From NCBI GenBank assembly GCA_050287085.1, contig JBNKBE010000006.1, positions 10,281 to 74,280 on the forward strand: 64,000 nt of DNA, given 5' to 3'. A program made the translations under genes and the position numbers. Each line of letters begins with the position of its first letter. Positions within the stretch are counted from its first letter, which is position 1. This DNA is from Polyangiaceae bacterium (lineage in GTDB: Bacteria; Myxococcota_A; Polyangia; Polyangiales; Polyangiaceae). The notes under the pieces were generated by a model. That model saw only the letters and a list, made by a program, of their open reading frames with translations. It had not been told where the DNA came from and ran no database searches. Shown here in pieces: positions 18,581 to 27,015 of this stretch.

Positions 18581-20257
18581 TCAGCGAAAGGGATTGTCCT
18601 CGTCAAGGCTGCGGTGGACGCGACCCTTTGCCGACATGAGGTCTTCGCCGATCCCAAGCCCAGGTGTGGCGTCTGCCTGTCGCTCGAGCCCGCGCTTGTC
18701 GGCGGCACTTGTCCGTGCCCCTTTGGCTTTGGGTTGCGACTTGCTCTTGGCGACGTGCCGCCGCGGACGCCACTTGCGAACAGGCGGACGAGACGGCTCT
18801 GGGGCTTCCGCCAGCTCGACTTCTGTCACGTCCGGCTGAACGCTGGCCGCCTTCGGGCCTACCTCTGGACTCGGGCTGGGCTCGGGTACCAACGCCAACA
18901 CGGCGGTCGACAGCGGCCGCGGGCTCGCCGCTTCGTCGAGCTCCCGCCCCGTCGTGACGGGCAACGGCCCTGGCTCACTCACGGGGGGCTTCACAGTGGC
19001 CTGCCGCGCCCAGGGAGCGCGGGTGGCCAACGCGCTTTCAGGAAGCCACGACGTTACGCTTAGCAGCAGCGCGGCCGCAAAAGCCAACGTGATGCCAGCG
19101 ATTGCCCCCCGCGAAGGCCACGACGTCTTTCCTTCGGCAGGCGGAGCTGAGCTGCCGCCGACGCGACCGTCACTGCGGGTCATTTCCAGCAGCTCACTCA
19201 ACTCACCCACCTGGGTCACCTCGAAGTCCGAACTGCTGGGCACGATGGACACTCGGGGTCGCAGCTTCAAAGCCGAATGCTCCCCATTCATGCGCTCATG
19301 GATCAACGCATTCTGGGCCGCTCTTTCGCTCCGAAATTTCAGCGACATGAAGGCACCCACCTCGGCGGGAGTCGAGATCTTATCCCGCTCGCGCATGTAC
19401 TGAGACAAGGCGACGCGGAACTCCTCGGCCGTGCCAAATCGTTCCGCCGGATCCATGGCCAGGGCCCTGTCGCAAATCGCCGCAAGCCTAGGGTGAATAC
19501 TCGGAACCGCCGCGCGGATGCGGGGCTCTGTCCCAGCCAGACGAGCCGCCACGATCTCCTTCTGGGGGGTGTCCCGTGGCACCAGACGGCGCTTCGCCAG
19601 CACCTCCCACAACACCACCCCGAGCGCGAATACGTCGGTGCGACGATCGAGTGAGCCCCCGCGGATCTGCTCTGGAGAAGCATACGCCAGTCGTCCGCGA
19701 AAGCCGCCAGATTCGGCCTGACCTGCAGCCCGCGCGATACCGAAGTCGACGATCTTGGTATGCCCGTCATAGGTGACGAAGATGTTCTGTGGGCTCACAT
19801 CGCAGTGAACGATAGCGAGGGCATTGCCGCCGTAGTCCTGCAACTCGTGAGCGTAGTGCAGACCGGCAAGCGTGTCGCAGAGTACCTGCAACGCCAGTCG
19901 CTCCGGCATTCCACCAGCGCGCATGAGCTCGCTCAAGGACTGTCCCTCGAGAAACTCCATCGCGAGAAACAGACGACCATCGACCCGTGTCGCTTCAATC
20001 GTCTGAACCACGTTCGGATGGTTCAGTTGACCGGCTAGCTTGGCCTCCGCCAGAAACAGCTCGACGAACGCCGCATCGCGAGCCCGTTCTTCTCGAAGCT
20101 CCTTGATGACAACAAGCTTCTCGAAGCCACCCGAGCCCTCCGCTAGAGCTAGGTGAATGGTTCCCATCCCTCCTTGCCCAAGGTTGAGCAGCAGCCGGTA
20201 TCGGCCCAGCGTCGTTGCGGCATAGCCAGCCGGAGGTAGCGGTACCACTTGAGCCAT
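18581..20257 (-). CDS. Transmembrane Ser/Thr protein kinase (Hanks type)
   Basis: LGQGGMG, VVIK, HCDVSPQN, DFG, YASPE, DVFALG, one TM helix, low-complexity tail ending LDEDNPFR. Confidence 0.92.
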   Translation of the reverse strand: MAQVVPLPPAGYAATTLGRYRLLLNLGQGGMGTIHLALAEGSGGFEKLVVIKELREERARDAAFVELFLAEAKLAGQLNHPNVVQTIEATRVDGRLFLAMEFLEGQSLSELMRAGGMPERLALQVLCDTLAGLHYAHELQDYGGNALAIVHCDVSPQNIFVTYDGHTKIVDFGIARAAGQAESGGFRGRLAYASPEQIRGGSLDRRTDVFALGVVLWEVLAKRRLVPRDTPQKEIVAARLAGTEPRIRAAVPSIHPRLAAICDRALAMDPAERFGTAEEFRVALSQYMRERDKISTPAEVGAFMSLKFRSERAAQNALIHERMNGEHSALKLRPRVSIVPSSSDFEVTQVGELSELLEMTRSDGRVGGSSAPPAEGKTSWPSRGAIAGITLAFAAALLLSVTSWLPESALATRAPWARQATVKPPVSEPGPLPVTTGRELDEAASPRPLSTAVLALVPEPSPSPEVGPKAASVQPDVTEVELAEAPEPSRPPVRKWRPRRHVAKSKSQPKAKGARTSAADKRGLERQADATPGLGIGEDLMSAKGRVHRSLDEDNPFR

Positions 20258-20472
20258 CACGCCACCTCTCCCAGCGCAAGCCGCACCCATACTAGAGGCC
20301 GGTGGCCTTGGAATCCGGCTACGTTGGTGGAGATGTAATGGCTTGTCCTCATCATCATGAATCCGTCCCCGAGGAGATTGCTTCTGGATCTCTAGTCTGC
20401 GGAATGTTTCGTACCGAGAGCCTCTAGAGCACAGAAGAGTAAACCCGCGAGGAAGCGGCCCCGGCTCGTCGT

Positions 20473-21423
20473 CTATTGAAGCAGTAGCTGCGGCGTACCG
20501 GTCGTGACAGCGCCCTTGCGCACGACCAAGCCGACCTGGCCCAGGCTCCCGCCCGTGCTCGCCGACGCGAAAGAGACAACTGTGTTGCCGGGAGGAAAGT
20601 TCACGAAACCTGCCACGCCCGACGTGGTTGTCTTGGACAGATCGCTCGACGGAATTCCGTCGAGCGAATAGAACCTCACCGACGCGCCATCAACCCCCGT
20701 CGAGCTGATCTCAACGTCTTCGGCAAGACCGAGGCAGTCGAGTAGAGTGAGGAATAGATGCCCCTTCTCCGGATCCGGCTCTGTTCCGATGGCCGCAGTG
20801 AGGCCGCCATAGATCAGGTCTTCCGGCAAGAGGCGCACCGGAGGAAGTTGCCCATCCACGGGGAAGCGGACTGGTAGCGCGTGAATCTGAGGCACGAAGC
20901 CCTCAGCGTGAAACTCCACGTACCCGCGAAACCCGGCCTCCAAACGCAGCTTCAGTGCCCCGTCGTCGCCGACGCGGGCCTCCTGCAACGGATTGAGGCA
21001 TTCCGGGTCCATATTCCAGCAAACTCGAGCCGACACGCCGGAAAGCGGCTTCCCCATCACGTCCACTACGGGCAGGGCGATCGCGAGCTCCCCCGAAGTC
21101 TCGGGAGGCGGCTCGCACGCAAAGGGATCCAGGCAGAGCTCCGATTTGCAGCGCATGCCGGCAACGCAATCTGCGCTTACATCGCAAGTCTGCGGTTCAT
21201 TTGTGGACTCATCGGCCACTTCTACGCATCGCCCGGCCTGACATTCCGAAGCGACAAACGCCTCTCCCCGGGCCCTGCAGTCCGCCGTGACGCTGCATTG
21301 CTCTCGCGCGTCGTCGATGACGAGCGTGCAGGCGTTGATCGCCACCGCGGCGGGCGCCAGCACGAGTGCACACGAGGCAAGTCCAGCGCCCGGTAAGCGT
21401 TGGATGCTGCTAATCCGAAGCAT
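20473..21423 (-). CDS. Cys-rich putative lipoprotein
   Basis: Lipobox-like AINA-C, two Cys-rich modules (CSVTADC...C...C; CDVSADC...C...C), then beta-rich domains. Confidence 0.7.
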   Translation of the reverse strand: MLRISSIQRLPGAGLASCALVLAPAAVAINACTLVIDDAREQCSVTADCRARGEAFVASECQAGRCVEVADESTNEPQTCDVSADCVAGMRCKSELCLDPFACEPPPETSGELAIALPVVDVMGKPLSGVSARVCWNMDPECLNPLQEARVGDDGALKLRLEAGFRGYVEFHAEGFVPQIHALPVRFPVDGQLPPVRLLPEDLIYGGLTAAIGTEPDPEKGHLFLTLLDCLGLAEDVEISSTGVDGASVRFYSLDGIPSSDLSKTTTSGVAGFVNFPPGNTVVSFASASTGGSLGQVGLVVRKGAVTTGTPQLLLQ

Positions 21424-21914
21424 GATGCCCGCAAAGTACCGACTGCGACGGATACGAGCCAGGGAGATCCACCACGCCAGGGCGACCTTGAAAAGACCGT
21501 GTTCGAATCTGCGAGGACCATCGGCATCCCTTCATCTGGAGTGGAACGCACGGCACGTTGCCGTGCCGGTGTAGCGCGGGCTGCGTATGAGAACTGGACT
21601 CCTGTTTCGGATCGAACAGATGAGTCGACGCGATTGGAACATGTGTTCACCTGGCCCGAGCGCTCCACCCTCCCCTGGCGCCATGCCGAGGAGTTCATGT
21701 GCCGCAGCCAGTGCGACCGATTCCTTTTCGTCACAGGTCTTCGCGGATGCAACTGTCGGCAGCAGCCGCCGCGCCGCGGTGCATCGATGGCAGAGCAGGC
21801 AATTCGCTCGGAAACCGATACCGGGGCTCGGATGAAAAATCGAAGTGGACCGGGAGGCTCGAGGGGACCGATCCCGCTTGCTAGCACCCAGGATTTGACC
21901 GAGACTTTGAGGGC

Positions 21915-22943
21915 ATGCCGACAACCGTCCAGGATGAGCTATTGGCCCTCACCGAGGCTCTCCGGGCGCACGTCCAATGGCTTGACGCCTGTGGTTTTGC
22001 GGACCTCCCACCGGCAAGCGAGGCGCAACTGGAGGCCCGACGCGGCCAGTATCGACAATACGTCCTGACGGACAGCGACCTCACGGAGCTCGAGTGGACG
22101 CAGGCGAGCGACCACGAGGACACCGCCGTCGAGCAGAGGGCCCACGGGGCGCCCCCCCTTCGCGAGGCACCCAGTCCAACGGCCACCGCCCACTCTGCGG
22201 CCACCGCCCACTCTGCAGCCGCCGCTCACTCTGCAGCCGCCGCTCACTCTGCAGCCGCCGCTCACTCTGCAGCCACCGCTCCTTCCCTAGCCGGGCCCGA
22301 TGCGGCCCCGGCGTCTCGGGCTTCGGAAGCCGCTCCATCGGCGGCACCCGCACGTCCCCCTCTGCTGTCCGTCCTGGATCCGACGAAACTCGCGCTCGAG
22401 CTTGAGCCGCTGGCCACCCAGGTCGCCGAATGCAAGGCGTGTGGGCTCTGTCAGGAACGGACAAACACGGTCTTCGCTCGCGGTACGGGCGCGTCAGGTG
22501 TGTGTTTTATCGGCGAGGGACCCGGCTCGGAAGAAGACGCTCAAGGACTGCCTTTTGTTGGCCCCGCCGGACAACTACTGGATCGCATGATAGCCGCCAT
22601 GGGGTTGTCGCGCGACAGCGTCTACGTCTGTAACATCGTCAAGTGCCGCCCGCCCCGCAATCGCAAGCCCAGCGCCGAAGAGATGGCGGCTTGTCGCCCT
22701 TATCTGGAACGTCAACTGCAGCTACTTCAACCACGGATCATCGTGGCGCTGGGTGCTACGGCCGTATCTGGCCTACTCGGTATCGATAGCGGCATCACCC
22801 GACTGAGGGGCAATTGGCGCTTGTATCGCGGCAAGATCCCCGTGATGCCAACGTTTCACCCAGCGTATCTGCTACGACAGCCGAGTGCCAAGCGGCAGGT
22901 CTGGGAAGATCTGCAGGCCGTTATGCGCGAGCTTGAACGCTGA
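21915..22943 (+). CDS. Uracil-DNA glycosylase family 4 with low-complexity N-terminal extension
   Basis: CKACGLC Fe-S ligands, GEGPG, PFVG, KCRPP, TFHPAYLL. Confidence 0.92.
   Translation: MPTTVQDELLALTEALRAHVQWLDACGFADLPPASEAQLEARRGQYRQYVLTDSDLTELEWTQASDHEDTAVEQRAHGAPPLREAPSPTATAHSAATAHSAAAAHSAAAAHSAAAAHSAATAPSLAGPDAAPASRASEAAPSAAPARPPLLSVLDPTKLALELEPLATQVAECKACGLCQERTNTVFARGTGASGVCFIGEGPGSEEDAQGLPFVGPAGQLLDRMIAAMGLSRDSVYVCNIVKCRPPRNRKPSAEEMAACRPYLERQLQLLQPRIIVALGATAVSGLLGIDSGITRLRGNWRLYRGKIPVMPTFHPAYLLRQPSAKRQVWEDLQAVMRELER
22182..22280 (+). repeat. In-frame 18-bp tandem repeat x5.5 encoding A[TA]AHSA
   Basis: GCCRCCGCYCACTCTGCR units. Confidence 0.9.
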
Positions 22944-22973
22944 CGGCGTCTACTGAACTCTGACGGCGTCTGC
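22934..22973. repeat. 20-bp tandem duplication containing the UDG stop codon
   Basis: TGAACGCTGACGGCGTCTAC / TGAACTCTGACGGCGTCTGC. Confidence 0.8.
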
Positions 22974-23053
22974 CAAACCCCGAGGTCCCCAGGACCCGGC
23001 CCCCCAACGGGGGCCGCCCCTCAGAGCGTCGGCACAAACAACGGCTGTGTTCT

Positions 23054-24016
23054 TCAACTGTGCTCTGCAAGCCAGCGCTCGGCGTCAAGCGCCGCCATAC
23101 ACCCCGTACCAGCCGCGGTGACCGCCTGCCGATAGATCCAGTCCGCGCAATCGCCCGCGGCAAACACGCCCGGAACGCTGGTGCGTGTCGAGCCGGGTTG
23201 CACTTTGAGATAGCCATTGTCGTGAAGCTCCAGTTGGCCACGCACCAACTCCGTCATGGGGGTGTGCCCGATGGCCACAAACATGGCCGAAACGTCCAGG
23301 GTGCTCACCTCGCCGGTCTGGATATTCTTCACCTTCACCCCGGTGACTGTATCCTGAGCGACGTCGAGCACCTCCTCTACGACGTGATGATACAGAATTT
23401 CGATATTCTTGGTGGCCATCACACGCTCCTGCATGGCCTGAGACGCGCGGAACTCCCCTCGTCGATGGATGAGCGTCACCTTTTCGCATAGTCCGGAAAG
23501 GTAGTGAGCTTCCTCCATGGCCGTGTCTCCGCCACCAACGACGCAAACGGGCTTTCTTCTGAACAGTGCTCCGTCACATACCGCACAGGCGCTCACGCCC
23601 TTGTTCTTCAGCACCTCCTCGCTCGGCAGACCGAGGTAGTTGGCCCGCGCGCCCGTCGAAATGATGACGGTCTTGGCCAAATGCAAGATGTCCTCGCCCT
23701 CGCCGACCCAGACCTTGAACGGACGCTCCGAGAAGTCCACGCGCTGAACATCCGCCGTTATGAACTCGGTGCCCTGCTTTTCGGCCTGCTCGCGAAAGCG
23801 CTCCATCAGCTCCTGCCCGGTGACGCCGCTCGGAAACCCCGGGTAGTTCTCGACGTCCGTCGTGAACATCAGCTGCCCTCCCGGCACCAACCCCCCCGCG
23901 TTGAAGCCCTCCACACACAGCGGCTTCAGATTGGCGCGAGCTGCATAGATGGCAGCGGTGAGCCCCGCCGGTCCTGAGCCGATGATGAGAACGTCGTGCA
24001 CTTTGGGTTCGGTCAT
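23054..24016 (-). CDS. trxB: Thioredoxin reductase
   Basis: IIGSGPAG, GGQL, ENYPGF, CAVCDG, GGGDTAMEEA, GVFAAGD. Confidence 0.97.
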   Translation of the reverse strand: MTEPKVHDVLIIGSGPAGLTAAIYAARANLKPLCVEGFNAGGLVPGGQLMFTTDVENYPGFPSGVTGQELMERFREQAEKQGTEFITADVQRVDFSERPFKVWVGEGEDILHLAKTVIISTGARANYLGLPSEEVLKNKGVSACAVCDGALFRRKPVCVVGGGDTAMEEAHYLSGLCEKVTLIHRRGEFRASQAMQERVMATKNIEILYHHVVEEVLDVAQDTVTGVKVKNIQTGEVSTLDVSAMFVAIGHTPMTELVRGQLELHDNGYLKVQPGSTRTSVPGVFAAGDCADWIYRQAVTAAGTGCMAALDAERWLAEHS

Positions 24017-24115
24017 GTTGTTGCTTCCGTATCGATACTTATCCGGCCCGCAGGGCCTGCAAAACTTGCCTCGCGCTCGCGACGGGAACCCCGCAGGGAG
24101 CCAGAGGCCATAGGC

Positions 24116-25756
24116 TCAGTCCGGCATCGGGCTGGCCTTGAGCGCCGCCTTGCCGTCTTTGATATAAACCGAGAACTTGACGCGTCGAACGTTGTGCTTC
24201 TGCTGGATCGCCGCCTCGTTCTTGCGCAGAGTGACCTCGAACTTCTCGTACGTTAAGCTCTGCGTGTTTTCGCCGCAGCGCTCCTTCGTGGCGACGAACT
24301 CCGCGTAGATCTCTCGCCAGCTGGGATCGATCTCGCGCACCCGTGGCATGGGTTCGGTGCTGTGCTGCCCTTGGCCACCGGCCTCCACCAAAGTTGAGGC
24401 GAAGTTGCCTCCCGGAGCCGAGCTCGCGTCGGTCAACAACGTGGCGCCTGGTCCAATCGGCTTTCTGCGAGGCGGCGGAGGCATCGGCAGCCCACCGCCG
24501 CGGGGGCCCTCCTCCGCAGCGGGCGGCGTGGCCACTGGCGCCTCGGGGAAGTCAAACGCGCTCATCGCTGGCTGCTCTGGCAGCTCTCCAAGAACAGCTT
24601 TGAGGTCCGCCGCGCGCCGCGAGCCGCCGCCCTTGGCCACGGCGTGATCGATCCCGTCATTGATCTGCGTCGCGAGCTTCCTGTAGGCGCCGGAAACGCG
24701 ACTGGCCTGGACGTGATCCTCCTTGCCGGCCGCAAACGCCCCCGCGAGCGCCGCGAAGCGCTGCAGCGGTCTGGTGTGTTCCAACACGGTGAAGCCAATT
24801 CCAAGACCCGCGGTGAGCAGGGCCACGGCCAATACGATCAGCCAGTTCGCGTTGGCCTTGTCCTTGTCGTCTGCGTTGAAGAAAAAGCCGATAGGAGACT
24901 TAACAGGGGTGAACTTGCGCCCCACGACATATCCGGCGCCCAGCGACCACGCATCACCGGGTATCCGGGAGTAGACGGCCGAGACATCACCCGACAGGCG
25001 GCGAACCGTGCTGCGACCCCGTTCGCGATAGTCTTCATCCTCGTCAATCGTCTTGATATCGCGAACCAGCCCCGCGAGATCAGCCTTCAAGAAGCCCTCG
25101 GGAGTCGCCGCGGCTATGCGCTCACCGTCTTTATAGAACGCGATTGCGGCGCCGGTCCGTGCCGACACATCGGCGGCAAACTCCTCGTCAACGGTCCTGA
25201 GTCCGACGACCGCACCGGCGGGCAGCTCGGTGGTTCCCGATTCGATCGGCCGAGCGACGGCCAGGTGAAGTCGCTTCCAGGCAAACGAACCATCCCGCAC
25301 GTAGCCGTGCAGCGCATCCGCAACCAGCGGGTACCCGCCCAACTCGAAAGGTCGACCTTGTGTCTGCTCGAAGCCCAATTGGCCTACGACGCGGCCCCGT
25401 TGATCGACGGCGAAGAGAGCATCAAAAGCAAACTCCTTGGGAACCGAAGTCGCCAGTTTGGCGAGCGCCGCGTTGGCGCGATCGCGCGCCTCTTTGGGTA
25501 CCTCGCCCTTGGTGTTGGACTGATTCACGGCAGCCGAAACGTCGGGATGCAACGCAAAGCGCAATAGCTGTGCCGAGCGCTCGCGCGCCATGCTCCGCAT
25601 GCCCCAAGAAACAACTTGGGCGTCCGCCGAAAGCCCTTCCGCGAGCACACGCCCTCCAACCCGATCGTACATGCTCTGGGCCAGATACCCTCCAAACACG
25701 ACCGTGCCCAAGAGCAGCCCCAGGACGACGTACCAGAAGCGAGAAAGAAGCATCAT
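24116..25756 (-). CDS. Membrane protein resembling the myxobacterial MXAN_5187 family (2 TM, Cache-like periplasmic region, conserved C-terminal domain)
   Basis: Two TM helices flank a large loop. A Pro-rich linker precedes the C-terminal WREIYAEFVATKERCGE...VKFSVYIKDGKAALKASP. Confidence 0.65.
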   Translation of the reverse strand: MMLLSRFWYVVLGLLLGTVVFGGYLAQSMYDRVGGRVLAEGLSADAQVVSWGMRSMARERSAQLLRFALHPDVSAAVNQSNTKGEVPKEARDRANAALAKLATSVPKEFAFDALFAVDQRGRVVGQLGFEQTQGRPFELGGYPLVADALHGYVRDGSFAWKRLHLAVARPIESGTTELPAGAVVGLRTVDEEFAADVSARTGAAIAFYKDGERIAAATPEGFLKADLAGLVRDIKTIDEDEDYRERGRSTVRRLSGDVSAVYSRIPGDAWSLGAGYVVGRKFTPVKSPIGFFFNADDKDKANANWLIVLAVALLTAGLGIGFTVLEHTRPLQRFAALAGAFAAGKEDHVQASRVSGAYRKLATQINDGIDHAVAKGGGSRRAADLKAVLGELPEQPAMSAFDFPEAPVATPPAAEEGPRGGGLPMPPPPRRKPIGPGATLLTDASSAPGGNFASTLVEAGGQGQHSTEPMPRVREIDPSWREIYAEFVATKERCGENTQSLTYEKFEVTLRKNEAAIQQKHNVRRVKFSVYIKDGKAALKASPMPD

Positions 25757-26563
25757 TTACTGGCCCTCCGTCGGCTTGCTCTTCGGCGTCGCCACGACCA
25801 GTGGCGTGCGGGATATGTCGAGCACAGCGGCCGGGGCAGCGAGTGGCGCGGGCAGCTCCGCGCCCACTTGCTTACCCGCGAAGTAGGCGCGCACTACGTA
25901 TTGACCCGGCACCTCATGAACCAGAGCGAAGCGACCATCCAGGGATGGGTGAGCTACGGCAGCCACGTTGGGTTCCGACACGACCCACATGCGCAGACTG
26001 GGAAACGCCTCGTCTCGGATCTCGTAGACCCCAGGCCCTGGAACCGCCCAGGTACGCTCTTCACCAGCTTGGGTCGGAGCCGCGGAGAACCCGTTCTGGC
26101 CCACGGCATACAAGCGATGGGTAAACGGATCTGCGTTCTTGAACTTCAGAGCGGTTCCGGGGGTCACGACAAGAGTGACGGAACTGGTGCGCCCGCCCGC
26201 CACCATCACATCTACCGCCCTCATCTTCGGAGCGGACTCCGGCGCGATCAAGACGACGGCAAGCTCAGCCGGAATATACGGAAAGAGTCGACGCATCTTC
26301 GCGCTTACGGTGGACACCGGTTCGCGAAACGTATAGCCGTGGGCCTGGGGCTTCTTGGCCTCGGCCCACACCGGATTGACAAGCTCGGTATACCCCGCAA
26401 GCCGTCCACGGACCTCGCCGGCAGAAGCCCATCCCGAGGCGAGCGCCACCACCAGTCCGGCAAGAGCGGCAGGTACTATCCGGCCCGCGCGAGCCACCCC
26501 TCTGCGGGCCACCCTTCTGCGGGCCACCACAGCGCACCAATCCACGTTAGAAAGTCCTCTCAT
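25757..26563 (-). CDS. Exported beta-rich hypothetical protein (cupredoxin-like / carboxypeptidase-regulatory-like)
   Basis: Signal peptide (ALASGWASA), FKNADPFTH, PGVYEI, DGRFAL...VPGQY. Abuts the next gene. The true start may be downstream. Confidence 0.65.
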   Translation of the reverse strand: MRGLSNVDWCAVVARRRVARRGVARAGRIVPAALAGLVVALASGWASAGEVRGRLAGYTELVNPVWAEAKKPQAHGYTFREPVSTVSAKMRRLFPYIPAELAVVLIAPESAPKMRAVDVMVAGGRTSSVTLVVTPGTALKFKNADPFTHRLYAVGQNGFSAAPTQAGEERTWAVPGPGVYEIRDEAFPSLRMWVVSEPNVAAVAHPSLDGRFALVHEVPGQYVVRAYFAGKQVGAELPAPLAAPAAVLDISRTPLVVATPKSKPTEGQ

Positions 26564-26651
26564 CGGCGCTATACGCTAGTGCAGGACCTGCGATGACGGA
26601 AGGACGAACGGGCGAAATGCTGGGGACGAGGGTGACGACCGAACGGGCCGC

Positions 26652-26724
26652 CGCTTCGCCTCCCACGATGCGCTTCGCCTCCCACGATACATAGAGAATG
26701 GGCTGCCTCGCAGGCAGCCCATTC
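26652..26724. repeat. 18-bp direct repeat followed by a perfect 13-bp inverted repeat
   Basis: CGCTTCGCCTCCCACGAT x2 (26652-26688). GAATGGGCTGCCT-CGC-AGGCAGCCCATTC (26696-26724). Confidence 0.85.
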
Positions 26725-27015
26725 AGGTTGTTCCGTACCGCAGAGATCCGATGGATAATTAGCGAGCCGTGAACCCCTAGAGAATCTAGGTGGAAGAGTC
26801 TCACACGACTTCTGGCTTCCCAGTCTGGGCTGGGCCTAGCGCTCCGCCGATATGTCGTCTTCCTGGTTCATTCCGAGTAAGGGATTCATCTTTCGCACCG
26901 GTCGCGACCCACAGAGGGAACACCGAAAATGTATTTCCTTCGGCGCGAGTAGTCAATGCGCACCGCAAGACAACAAAAGTTGGCCCCCCGCGTCCGGCCG
27001 TGGCAGCGGCCTACC

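Noticed and set aside
21496..21520. GTTCGAATC...ACCA resembling a tRNA 3' end
   Set aside because: The T-stem and acceptor stem do not pair, so there is no cloverleaf
21400..22068. 222-aa ORF and other ORFs across the 21424-21914 gap
   Set aside because: No recognisable motif, overlaps with real genes, composition typical of spurious GC-rich ORFs
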